Assembly (NCBI RefSeq): GCF_021869535.1
Contig: NW_026262745.1
Location: forward strand, 35,526,001-35,590,000
DNA from: Mytilus californianus
Lineage: Eukaryota
Length of the DNA stretch: 64,000 bases
Direction of reading: 5' to 3'
The notes under the pieces are model-generated. The model was given only the letters and a program-made list of their open reading frames with translations. It searched no databases and was not told the origin of the DNA. The stretch's first letter is position 1. The number at the start of each line of letters is the position of its first letter. Positions 13,341 through 25,000 of the stretch are shown piece after piece. The position numbers and the translations under genes were made by a program.

Positions 13341-14905
13341 CCTTTCTTTTTATTTATTTAAGGAATGACAGTAATATTTTTTCTGTCTATGAAGAAATAA
13401 CCTTAAAAATTTGTAAGGGTTCCGCGGAACCCAGTGTCTCGCCTAATTTTGCTGTTAATCGCAGGCTCAACAAAAATGAGATGAGGAAAAAATTAAATAA
13501 AATATTCCTCTCGATACAATTTTTTTATTGTAAGAAGCTTCTGTCCAAGTTTGGTAAAATTCCAGGATAGTTTATGAATCTAATAAATATTTTAAAAAAT
13601 TTAACTGCAGACTGTATGTAATGTTAACTGGAAGAAAAACTAAGTCCATCTATAAGTAAAATATGGATAAACAAGTACAAAATTTTAATAAAAATTTTTT
13701 CTAGATACTAGCTTTTGATCATAAACAAACTTCTGTCCATGTTTGGTACAAATCCAGGATAGTATAGGAAAGTTATTAAAATTTAAAAAACTTTAACCAC
13801 AGAGTGAATGTAATGTTTCCTGGCAGAAAAACTAAGTCCATTTATAAGTAAAATAAGGAAAAACAGGATTTTTTTTTTAAATTTACTTCTGGATACTATC
13901 TTATGATCATAAACAAGCTTCTGTCCAAGTTTGGTAGAAATGCAGGATAGTTTGAGAAAGTTATTAAAATTTTAGAAACTTTAACCACAGAGTGAATGTA
14001 ATGTTTCCTGGCAGAAAAACTAAGTCCATTTATAAGTAAAATACGGAAAAACAGGAATTTTTTTTTTTTAAATTTACTTCTGGATACTATCTTATGATCA
14101 TAAACAAGCTTCTGTCCAAGTTTGGTAGAAATGCAGGATAGTTTGAGAAAGTTGTTAAAATTTTAGAAACTTTAACCACAGAGTGAATGTAATGTTTCCT
14201 GGCAGAAAAACTAAGTCCATTTATAAGTAAAATACGGAAAAACAGGAATTTTTTTTTTTTAAATTTACTTCTGGATACTATCTTATGATCATAAACAAGC
14301 TTCTGTCCAAGTTTGGTAGAAATGCAGGATAGTTTGAGAAAGTTATTAAAATTTTAAAAACTTTAACCACAGAGTGAATGTAATGTTTCCTGGCAGAAAA
14401 ACTAAGTCCTTTATAAGTAGAATACGGAAAAACAGGAATTTTTTTTTAACAAAATTTACTTCTGGATACTATCTTATGATCATAAACAAGCTTCTGTCCA
14501 AGTTTGGTAGAAATGCAGGATAGTTTAAGAAAGTTATTAAAATTTCAAAAACTTTAACCACAGAGTGAATATTTGTGGTCGCCGCCGACGACGCCGACGG
14601 AATGTAGGATCGCTATGTCTCGCTTTTTCGACAAAAGTCGAAGGCTCAACAAAAATGGGGTGCACACTGAATAATCCGCTTTGAAAGTGTGCACCACATT
14701 TTTTAGGTTATTTCGAATAGACAGAAAAAATATTACAGTCATTCCTTATAATTTAATTCTAAATTCCGTTTTTAAGGAGTAAATTTTGAAAAAAACGGTG
14801 GTGACGTCACGGTCACATGACAAAATTATGTCTATGAGCTGATAGACAAAACACTTCCAGCCAATCAGAAGACGTGTTACATCCAAAATTAAATTATTCA
14901 TTAAA
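13341..14905. mobile_element. Foldback (palindromic) non-autonomous element split by a Helentron-like insertion
   Basis: Left arm AAGGAATGACAGTAATATTTTTTCTGTCTAT..AAATAACCTTAAAAAT|GGGGTGCACACT is the reverse complement of AGTGTGCACCACATTTTTTAGGTTATTTC..ATAGACAGAAAAAATATTACAGTCATTCCTT (14686-14746). The right-hand boundary is approximate. Confidence 0.65.
13411..14656 (-). mobile_element. Helentron-like element E with an array of about 190 bp units (about 5.5 copies)
   Basis: TTTAACCACAGAGTGAAT recurs at about 13792, 13980, 14171, 14362 and 14553. One end has the palindrome GGGTTCCGCGGAACCC (13417-13432). The other end has a TCGAC-AAAA-GTCGA hairpin and a GC/GAC microsatellite. GGCTCAACAAAAAT occurs near both ends. 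Confidence 0.8.
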
Positions 14906-16024
14906 AAAAGTTGATTATATTATCTAACAAAATATTAAAAATAACAAAATGTTACATGTACATGATGTATATATACAAATAAGACATATTGGATAAAACA
15001 TTTAGGGTAATAAACTATAATTTTACAAAATAATTTATGGCACAAATACTGGAATGTTTCATAGTGATATGTATATTTATTGCATACAAAAAAGTTATGA
15101 ACCTAAGTATAGTTGGAATAAATAACTGTATTATAATTACTGCAGTTGTTAGATTTTGAAACATTTTTGTGTTATTTTGATAGGCTTCATGTTTTCACAT
15201 TTTTGGACAGATCTTACTGTACATATATGCATGTGATTTACAAAGCACTTAAACTTATGTCCTGCCCTTCTAAAATTATACAATTATATGACCACATGAA
15301 ATAAAAATCTTGATTTTTACCATTTTTGTTATGGATCAGAGCCTATTTTGAAAATGTGTGATGTTGATCAATTATATTTTTTATTGACTTTCACTAAATA
15401 GGGAGAATAATAGAGATAGTAACCTCATCCACTTAATTTAATCTGTACCTATTGTTGTATTTGTGATGTACTTTTATTTTATAATATGAATCTTCTGCCT
15501 CGTTCTAAAATCATTAATACTTTAAGGGTTTCTTAAACTCTCTAGATGATGCAGGTAAATGTCCATCTTTCAAGGAAGAGTGCTTCAATAGTTGTATTTA
15601 TTCTATACATTTGGTATATTGTCTCTTGTATATCATTCAGTCAAGCTAATCCATTTTATTTATAAATGAACATTGATCCATTTTATAAAGACAACTAAAA
15701 CACCAATAAATATGATAATTGTGTACAAACGAATATAGACAAAAAGCAAAGTGCATAAAACATATAAAAAAACTGTGTAAAGAGTATTATATAAAGCTTA
15801 ACCTAAGAAAATACAAAACACCTTTTAAACAATGATGCAAAACAGTAATTGTACTTGAAGGTCACAAAAATTCAAAAAGTATATGAGCTAAGACAAAATG
15901 TACACTTAAATTGTGTAGATAGTTTTCTTTTGGTTGAAAAATATTGGATTATTCCAACATGTCAGAAAATATTCAATTAACATCTTCAATTCAATTGTGT
16001 TAATTTCCAATATGAGTACTGGTA

Positions 16025-19000
16025 TTAAAAAAGTTGACATAAAAAATATTTAAAAACAAATGTTGATATCACAGCTATAAATAGAACTGGAAACTTGAGG
16101 TGTACATCTGTTGCTTGGTTACAGTAGTCTGAGTTACAGGTACATGCTGTCACAGATATACCGTCATATGTTGTATCTGTACATCGCTCACTTGTCTGTA
16201 TTACACATGCTCTAGTAATTTCAATTCCTACAAAAAAGCATTATTTGTTAAGATAAAATATACAAACATTTATGTTTAATATAGTGTACAAAAACCTTAA
16301 GGTGGTACCCAACACCTTGACTAATATTAATTTGGCTCGTTTAATTTTCATAAAATTTTGACAAAACGTTTACTTCGACCCTTTGACAAAAATAAAAAAA
16401 TTTCAAAAAATTTGAAACAACCACTTTATCAGAAAAATTTCATTGGTTATATAGCAGTTTGACAAACACTAATTTTGATCATTGAGAAGCTTAATATTTC
16501 CTTAACAATACAACGTGATTAAAACGTTCAGCTGATTTTTACAGAGTTATCTCCCTGTAGTGTTAGGTACCACCTTAATACTGAAAAAAGTTAGCTGATT
16601 TTGAAAATGAAAACTTTAGCAAACAAAAGATGTACAATGTATGTCAGGGTTTTTTATAGCTACTATACAGTATTGGTTTTGCTCATTGTTGAAGGCTGTA
16701 CAGTGACTTATAGTTGCTAACATCCACATCATTTGTGAAATTATCCCTTTTATTATCAGCAAGCTTGAACTGGCCACAGTTTCAAAGCAAAGTCAAAAGT
16801 ATAAATAACGTATATTATTTCTTTGAAGTTATATACTGTATTACTAAATTTTTTTTCTCAGTTTATAAATGCGCAAATATAATTCCAACTACTCAAATAT
16901 AATCTTCATATCCCTGTATGTGCTTGCATTGATGTGAACGATATGTAATAGACATGTGCATTTCAATTTAAAAGAATGTATATATAATGCTTAAGAACTA
17001 GTGAAATTGCCTCAAACATTGAAATAATCAAATATCAAAATCAATACAATATGTAAATGTAAAGGATACAAAAAAGCACAACTGCAGGCATTTTGGATAC
17101 ACAGATTGTGATTGCCAATTACATTTTTTCTACATTTGTACATGAAAATTGAGAAACAGAGAGGAAAAACTTTGAACTTGTACAAAAATTTTAAAGAAGT
17201 AGAAGTAGAAAATGACATAACAAAACAATATTGAGTAAAATTCAATTTGAAAATTATTTACATTTTCATGATGCAGATACATGTATATCATATGATGAAG
17301 ACATAATCTTTCAATCAGTTTAATTGAGGTCTGGAGCTGGCAAGTCAGTAACTGCTAGTAGTCCTTTGTTAATTTATGTATCATTGTCATTTTGCTTAGT
17401 TTCTTTTGTTACTTATTTCTGTGCGTATTGCTATGTGTTTCTTTATTCTACATTGGCTAGAGGTATAGGGGGAGGGTTGCGAACTCACAAAACATGTTTA
17501 ACCCTGCCGCATTTTTACGCCTGTCCCAAGTCAGGAGCCTCTGGCCTTTGTTAGTCTTGTATGTTTTTTTAATTTTAGTTCCTTTATATGTTTTGGAGTT
17601 TAGTGTGACGTCCATTTTCACTGAATCAGTACACAATTTTATTTAGGGACCAGCTGAGGACCACCTATGGTTGCGGGATTTTCTCACTGCATTGTAGACC
17701 CATTGGTGGCCTTCGGCTGTTATCTGCTCTTTGGTCGGGTTGTTGTCTCTTTGACATATTCCCCATTTCCATTCTCAATTTTATATCAATATGAACCAGA
17801 TATGTGCTAAGCGGTTCATTATTTTTTTACCTTACATGTAGTAATTGTGAGTAAATTTAGTTAAGTGGCTACCACACTTTTATTGTCTGACAAAAACTTG
17901 ATCTATGTTTAGGATGCTTAAATTGCTCTTGTGAAAGAAACTGAAAATTGATATTTCATCAATGATTGAATTAATGATTTTCTTCCCTGAAAATAAATAT
18001 TCAACAAATAATAATGTACAAATGTATATGACTGCTGAATTTGACCTGGAAGTAAAATAATAAACTCACCAGACCCACCCCTTCGTCCACGACGTTTTAT
18101 ACATGTGCCTTGACACTCCAAGGCATCATATGTTTGTAACTGGAAATAATCTCCACACCGGTTGTCATTTGTAGACTCACAGCTGTAACATTTTAAATAG
18201 GCGTTACCTACAAAGAAGTTTTAAGATTGTAACATTTATTAAACCTGATTAAATTAATCAAAATATACATAACTACAGATAAAGTTACAGGGAGCAAGAT
18301 GATGAAGAAGTCATAGGGTTCTCATTGAACTAAGATCCTAGACAAACAAAAACCAGACTGGACATTGTTGGACTCATTTTCTATGTTCATGATGTTGGTA
18401 CAAATATGCCAGTATCAGCTGGATCTAGTTAATATCATTTTATATATCTAAATGGCAATTCTATTCATTTTTTTTTATTTTATCAAAGGAAAATTTATAA
18501 AAACATACTGTGGATTTATTTTTATTTTTATCAAATTATGATGTTGATAACAATTTTAATGGTTGTAAAAATATTTGCTATTTTGAATTTTACTGTTCCC
18601 CAAATGTGACCTACCGAATAAGACTTATCACCAGATTTGTACTTACATGAGCAATAGGACAGGTGCCACATGTGGAGCAGGATCTGCTTACCCTTGCAGA
18701 CCACCTGAGATCACCCCCGGTTTTTGATAGGGTTCAATTGCTCAGTCTTTATATTATGTTATGTTTTGTATACTGTTATTTGTCTTTTGCTCTTTTATCG
18801 TTATTTGCCATGGCGTTTGTCAACTTATTTTTCAACTTATGAGTTTGAATGTCCCTTTGGTATCTTTCACCTCTCTTTGAGTATGGAGAATCTTGTGGTT
18901 TGATCATTTCTCCTTTATATCATGGTACATGTAAATAAAACCTATAATTTTAAAGAGTTTTTAAATCAATGGTTTCCCATTTCCCACATTATTTGGTGTC

Positions 19001-19557
19001 CCACAATTAAATGTATTAATGAGTCTATTCAATAAATTTTACTTAAACTGTGACATAATTACAGAAGTCTAGAAGTTCCAACTATTTCATGGAGACACAT
19101 ATATCATGTAGCAGGATTTAAAAGATAAAAAAAACAAATTTTGTAATTAAGAAGTCTTCATTCATACATACTTTTTAAGAAAGGCAGTGAAAAATTACAA
19201 GTGTTCTGATTATGGAGCAACATGGATATAAATTCATCAAACATGTCAAATAAAGGAAAATGTTTTGCATTTTGGGTTAATTTAATAAGAATTGAAAATA
19301 ATTGGACAAAAAGCAAAATTTTCAGCAATTTTCAATAAAGTTGTAAATTCTGTCACGTCTGTAATAAAATTTATCCAGAAATGATTTTTTCATTGCCATT
19401 GGCATTGGTGAAAATGAACATGATGGCCTATTTGGAGCAATCCCATTTAGGAGATGTTTGATCTTGATGAAACACATATGCTATACGAAAGTTACTTACA
19501 TTTGTCCAGAAATATACAAATATATATAATAAAACAGGGAAAAGAAAGCAAATTCAT
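16025..19557 (-). CDS. Ly6/uPAR three-finger protein, Quiver/Sleepless-like, predicted GPI-anchored, 132 aa
   Basis: Exons 19500-19557, 18070-18207 and 16025-16227, all phase 1 with GT-AG. Protein: MNLLSFPCFIIYICIFLDKCNA-YLKCYSCESTNDNRCGDYFQLQTYDALECQGTCIKRRGRRGGSGIEITRACVIQTSERCTDTTYDGISVTACTCNSDYCN-QATDVHLKFPVLFIAVISTFVFKYFLCQLF. It has a signal peptide, 10 Cys with the CxCxxxxCN end motif, and a hydrophobic C-terminus. Confidence 0.9.
16301..16574. mobile_element. TTAA-target MITE (Kolobok-like termini)
   Basis: TTAA|GGTGGTACCCAACAC ... GTGTTAGGTACCACC|TTAA, with TSDs at 16297-16300 and 16575-16578. Intronic. Confidence 0.8.
17290..17785 (+). mobile_element. 3' non-coding part of the retroelement family also present at 50012-50996
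   Basis: Reverse-complement match to about 50012-50550 (GATGAAGACATAATCTTTCAATCAGTTTAATTGA..CCTGTCCCAAGTCAGGAGCCTCT..CCCCATTTCCATTCTCAATTTTAT). Confidence 0.7.
18600..18880 (+). mobile_element. 3' end of a PLE-like retroelement family (related copies at 31640-31950 and, inverted, about 59000-59250)
   Basis: Shared motifs GGTGCCACATGTGGAGCAGGA..CACCTGAG(A/T)TCACCCCCGGTTTT and TTTGAATGTCCCTTTGG. Confidence 0.6.
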
Positions 19558-22095
19558 CTTTGTAAATAATTCTACATTTCATGAAAATGTTACTTCCGTC
19601 AATAAGATTAATAACAATAGGGACAAATGCGTACGACGTGAATTATTCCGTATTTTAGGATCCACTACCAAGAATACAGCTGGGCATTTAGCGGTATCGG
19701 TTTGGAATCCAAGTATGTCCTTACCGGTTTCCCGGTCGTTGCCATAACATTCGTGCGGCATCTGGGGTGAACTTTTCTCTTATTTTGTATATATTTTGCA
19801 CTTTTTATATTTGAGGATGAGCGAATCAGTTGAGTGGGCATATGTTGGGGGGGGGGGGGCTATGTTCGTATATTCTATTGTTTTATGTTTTATTCAACTT
19901 ACTGGAAATGAGTCCTGTCAAGGCCAGGCTGGGGAACTGGGTGGGTAATTAATGCTCACATTAAATCTGTGCCAATACAGTGTGCTAAATGTCCTCCTTT
20001 ACACCATAACTCATGGTGGTGCTTCGAATGAAAGGAGGCTTATACGTAGTATACATTCATTCATCTCAGTGTAGGTTTTTTAATTTTCATAATAACTTTT
20101 TTAAAATTTTATAGGATAGTTGAATTTTTATGTATGACATATTTGGTAAATTTTGTATAGATTCTATTGGCCGGTAGAACAGATTCTTATAGGCCGGATA
20201 CTGATAACAATTTTACAAGCCTCTGGTAGAGGGAATGTGGCTAAGCGTGAAGACTGAATTGATTTTATTACAAAGTTAATTTATGATTATTTTATTATTT
20301 ATATTATAGGTCTACTGAAAACTGACATATGGAAACTACACAACATTAGCTCCAAAACGGTGTAAACAGGGACACCGGAGTGTCAGATCTGTAATTAATA
20401 TTACATAAACTGCTATTTCACTTATTTATATATTTTTTCATTGGAAAGGGGGGGGGGGGGGGGGGGGTGTAAAGTGTGAATAGTTTAATTGGATAACTCG
20501 ACCGCCAGAAAAAAAAAATACCCCTTTGTATTTATAAATATTTTTAGAATATCGCTGTTGATACCTAAAATAGTTATTTAATAACATTTTGGGAAAAACT
20601 CTGAGTAACAGGAGTATAATTTACAAAGAAATATTAAACGCTAAGGAGATGTGGTAAGATTGCCAATGAGACAAATATGGACAACTACTCACCAGAGTCC
20701 AAATGAAGTGGAAAAAGTAGCTATATCATGTCACCGTATGGCCTGCAACAATGAGCAAAATACGCGCCGTATAGTCGGCTATTAAATGTCCAAACATGAC
20801 AAAATGTAAAATAATTCAATCAAGAAAATCAACAGCCTGATTTATGATTACAAAAAACGAGGAAAAAAAACCAACGTTACAAATATGACAGACAGCAACT
20901 AGCGACAAACACTGAGTTACAGGCTCCTGACTTGGGACAGACACACAAAGAATGTGGCGGGGTTACACATGTTTGTGGGCGCTCAACCCTACCCTTGACA
21001 TGGGACAGTGTGTTGTAGAAGCATGTCGTGGATATTTGTTGCCTTTTTTTGTTAATAACACTTTTTTTGGCAAATGTGTACGTCTGTTGGGTCGTTCAAT
21101 AAGTAGATGTATATACGTTACTGTTCATAAGAATTGCCATTTTTCAGAGCCTGACATAGTCAAATGTTGTGTTTGTAGTTTCCATCACTGACAGTAGTAA
21201 GTAAATACTATTTTAAAAATAATACATATTGCGAAAATGCCAGTGCCAAATCAATGATATCTCTTATGTCAACGCGGGGAATGCTCTGTCCTTTACACGT
21301 GTCAAACACATTTTTTTGCCAGGTATCCTTAACCTTATATGAATGGGATATTTTTTAATGTTAATTGTCATTTGACACTTTCAGTATTTTTAGTGATCGT
21401 TAGATCATCACATGGAAGGAATTTGACCATTACCGTTATTATAATAAACAATTTAACACTAAGCTTCATACTAAATTGGCTCTGTTCTTTTCAGGGAGAC
21501 TAGACTGAAGAACACATTTCTTTACAGATGAAAACCAACTTAGCTCAAATTAGCCAGAATGATATATAAAAAGAATTAGAATTTTATAAATATTTACCGA
21601 AACTCTAACGCAACGAACGCTTATAAGATCAAACTAGAAACAAAGTCAAGAATTGAAAATGAGTTATCTACCGGAAATGTAGAAATAAAGGTGATGCCAT
21701 CATCAAAGATGACATCATGGATTACCGGTAGTTGCTTGAATAGGTAAAAACAGAAAAAAGTACATAAATGAATGAAATATCTCTATTATATCCTGTTTAT
21801 ACAGAAACATTTATTTCATTTTGTTTGTAGAACAAGACCCATATTCCATTTAAATTCCCCTACTAAGATTTCACATAATGATATAGTAGATTTCAATGGA
21901 AGAACTAGAGCAATGAGAGAACATACACAATGAATATGAAATTAGTCTTCTGCTATCGAAATAATAATATACGAATCAGCAATTTTCATGCTGCATATTA
22001 TATATAGCTATTGTTTAAATTTAAAAAATTGAGGGACTTTTTTTTTAAATATGTTATCTATGTTCATAAAGTTTAATAATTTTTCAATAAGTGTC

Positions 22096-25000
22096 ATGAT
22101 GATGAGATTAATGGTATTTCTGATCATTTTTGGAATTTTGTTTACTAACTGTAGAGGAGCAAAGAAAGGTATGGGAAAATCAATTAATATGCTTTGATAG
22201 AATGGCAGCGGAGGCGGACTCAGAATTAAAATGGTCGATAAAAGGGGATCATATACTTACTAAGGAAAACATGAAGTTGTACTTATTGGCTGTGAGTTGC
22301 ATTCTATAGTTTTTGGAAGAAGTAGAAAAAATATAACGACCTTGATTTAATTTATAAGCATTTCATGAATGTTTCATGTACTAATAGTGATAGATTATAA
22401 TATAGAACAGCTAGCTATATACATATATATATATATATCTAACATCACTGAAGAGACATTAATTGTCGAAATCCGGATATGGTGTACAAAAAATCTTTGC
22501 ACCTTTGTTTGCGGTATACCATCTTTGCCCCAAGTTTATTCTTTTCTGTTTGGTATTAAATTTATAGTTAAGATCCATTTATTACACCTTGTGATCCGTT
22601 TATTTGGCAATCGCCAATGGCAGTTAGCAGGATTTAAGAACATTTGTTGTTCGACCTGTTAGTCAAATGCGTTTTGTTAAAATATACTTTTTCACTTTTT
22701 TGGTCTTTTGGAAAATGTTGTTTGTGCTGTATTTAGACCCCTCTAACAAGAAATTTGTTTTGCATGCACACGTATAAAAATTGCGGTTTTTATCCAACGC
22801 AATCATAAGTTTGAACGTTGTTTTCAATTTAGACTTGTATTATATATATAAAAAAATTGCGGATCTAACATTGTTGGGCTGTTATTTAGACGAATTATGT
22901 ATACAGAATGTGTCTTCAGCCTTGTATCACCATCACTGGTGATCCGATGGATAAAATCTGTCGTAGAGTTGTCACTGGTTCAGACGTACTTATGATATAA
23001 TTATTTCTGTGACTGCATCCTACATTAATTTGTAAGATCCTCTACGATAGATAATTCAGCTGATCTGTAAAATTCCATCTTCATGCCTTATATATCATGT
23101 ACTTTGTTACGACGCTAGATATAAACTGACGAGGAAAGGTAACACCCGGGGCGTGTTTTATTGGTCTCTTCAGAATGTCTTCTGGTGGAGAGTCCAAAAA
23201 AATGAATCTGGACCTCTTCTGGAGATATTCTACGGAAGACCAATAAAACAAACATTCAATTTGCCGTCGAATATAGCAGATTTTTGTTATGTTGGATGAC
23301 ATAAGTGAAGTTTACGATTATTTTATAGAAAATTAAGATACGTCCGGTAGACATGATTGTAAAAGTGTGCTATGTTCGTGACATTTTTTTTTGTTCTTTC
23401 CTCTAACTCAATTTTGCTAGACAAATCTGGCTTAAACCCCCACTATTTGATTTTTAAGAATAATCTTAAACTGCACAAAAATTCGTCAATGTTTGTCTAT
23501 CCAATTTTTTTGAAGTAACCAAACTGGATTATTTTTGTATAAAGCAAAGATATCGGAAAGTTTTCAAAATCATTTTTCTCTGGCGGTCCTTGAAGAAAAT
23601 CTTCTGGTCCTAACTATTATTTCTATTGCAAAATTTCGATGGTCAAAACCTTCGGACCACCACTTTTAAAAAATTTTCATTATATATGTATCAATATGCA
23701 AGTATACAATGTATACCAGACATTTCTCAGACTGTTTTTTTTTCTTTTTTTTTTAATAAATCCGTTGGTTGTGTACTGATTGATACTTCAGTCTGGGAGA
23801 ACAAGATTTATTTCAGTACTAGTTGTTATTAGCTTTGAACAAACTTCCAGTAATTGCAAATACTCTTATTTCGGTGCTTTGTGTCTATTGTCTTAATGTA
23901 AGTTTTTTTTTGTGTGTCTCGTACCGTTCTTTTGAGTTAATCTAATTGCAATTGATTTGTGCAGGTTGTTCTTATATTGTACTGTTACACCACTGTCCCA
24001 GCTTCGGGAAGGGTTGAGCGCTCACAAACATGTTCTTGTACTGTTACACCACTGTCCCAGATTAGGGGGCGGGTTGGGCCGGATCCCGCTAAAATGTTTA
24101 ACCCCGCCACATTATTGTCCGTGTAGTTCTTATATTTATCCAGCTTATCGTCCTACAGGGATGTCCTGCTAAGACTGTCATACCATAAAAACGTTTATAA
24201 CACAGCTCACATTCTAATATATCTACATTCATAAATTTATTAATATCATTTAGACTAAACGACGCCATGTTTGTTATGTGCCTCTGCCGTCTAAACTACC
24301 TATCAAAAAAGAAGAGGTGGAAGAGAGCCAGAATATCTTCCCTATTAAAAAAAAACAGAAATGGACCTCTTCTGGCTCACTACCGAAGAACAAAAAAATA
24401 CGCCCCAGCTGGCCACCGAAAGCTTGATTTTCTGTTGAGTCTAGGTGGTCGAGTGGTCTAGCGCGTCGGCGATTTGGTGCCACGATATCTGAGTAGCATG
24501 AGTTCGAATCCCGGCCAGGGAAGAAAAAAAAATGTTTGCTTCCGCAAATTTACAGATCTAACATTATTGGGCTGTTATTTAGACGAATTAGGATGATTTT
24601 CACTGTAACTTTATAAATTGCCACAGGAATCAATAATTTCCTAATTTGCACATTATTATAAACAATACATCACAACTCCTAGTTTAGAAATCTTTGGTTC
24701 CTCTGGAGTTGGGATACGGCATGAAAAAGCAATCAATATTTTTTTCGATTCGTACTTGATAAACCAACGGAAAAAGTAATTGCTTTGCTGTTAGAATTTC
24801 TTTATTTTCTAAATTGTACTCACATGTTCATATACTTTTGTTTGCAAGAGTTAGACATGGTCAAAGAACATTGCACACATGTATCATATCTTTTCAATTC
24901 TTTAAATTTTGAAACACATGTATTTCCACCCAGTAAACCAATAACTGTTCTCGTTCGAGTAGAAAGGGAATTTTAATTTAATTTAATCGTCTTCCAGCAT

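Noticed and set aside
19738-19748. RFX X-box-like GTTGCCATAAC near the Quiver-like start
   Set aside because: Only a half site matches the 13-14 bp consensus; this is too weak to call.
24444-24512. tRNA gene
   Set aside because: A and B boxes are present but I cannot fold a cloverleaf or anticodon arm. It is embedded in a repeat unit, so it is treated as a SINE-type head.
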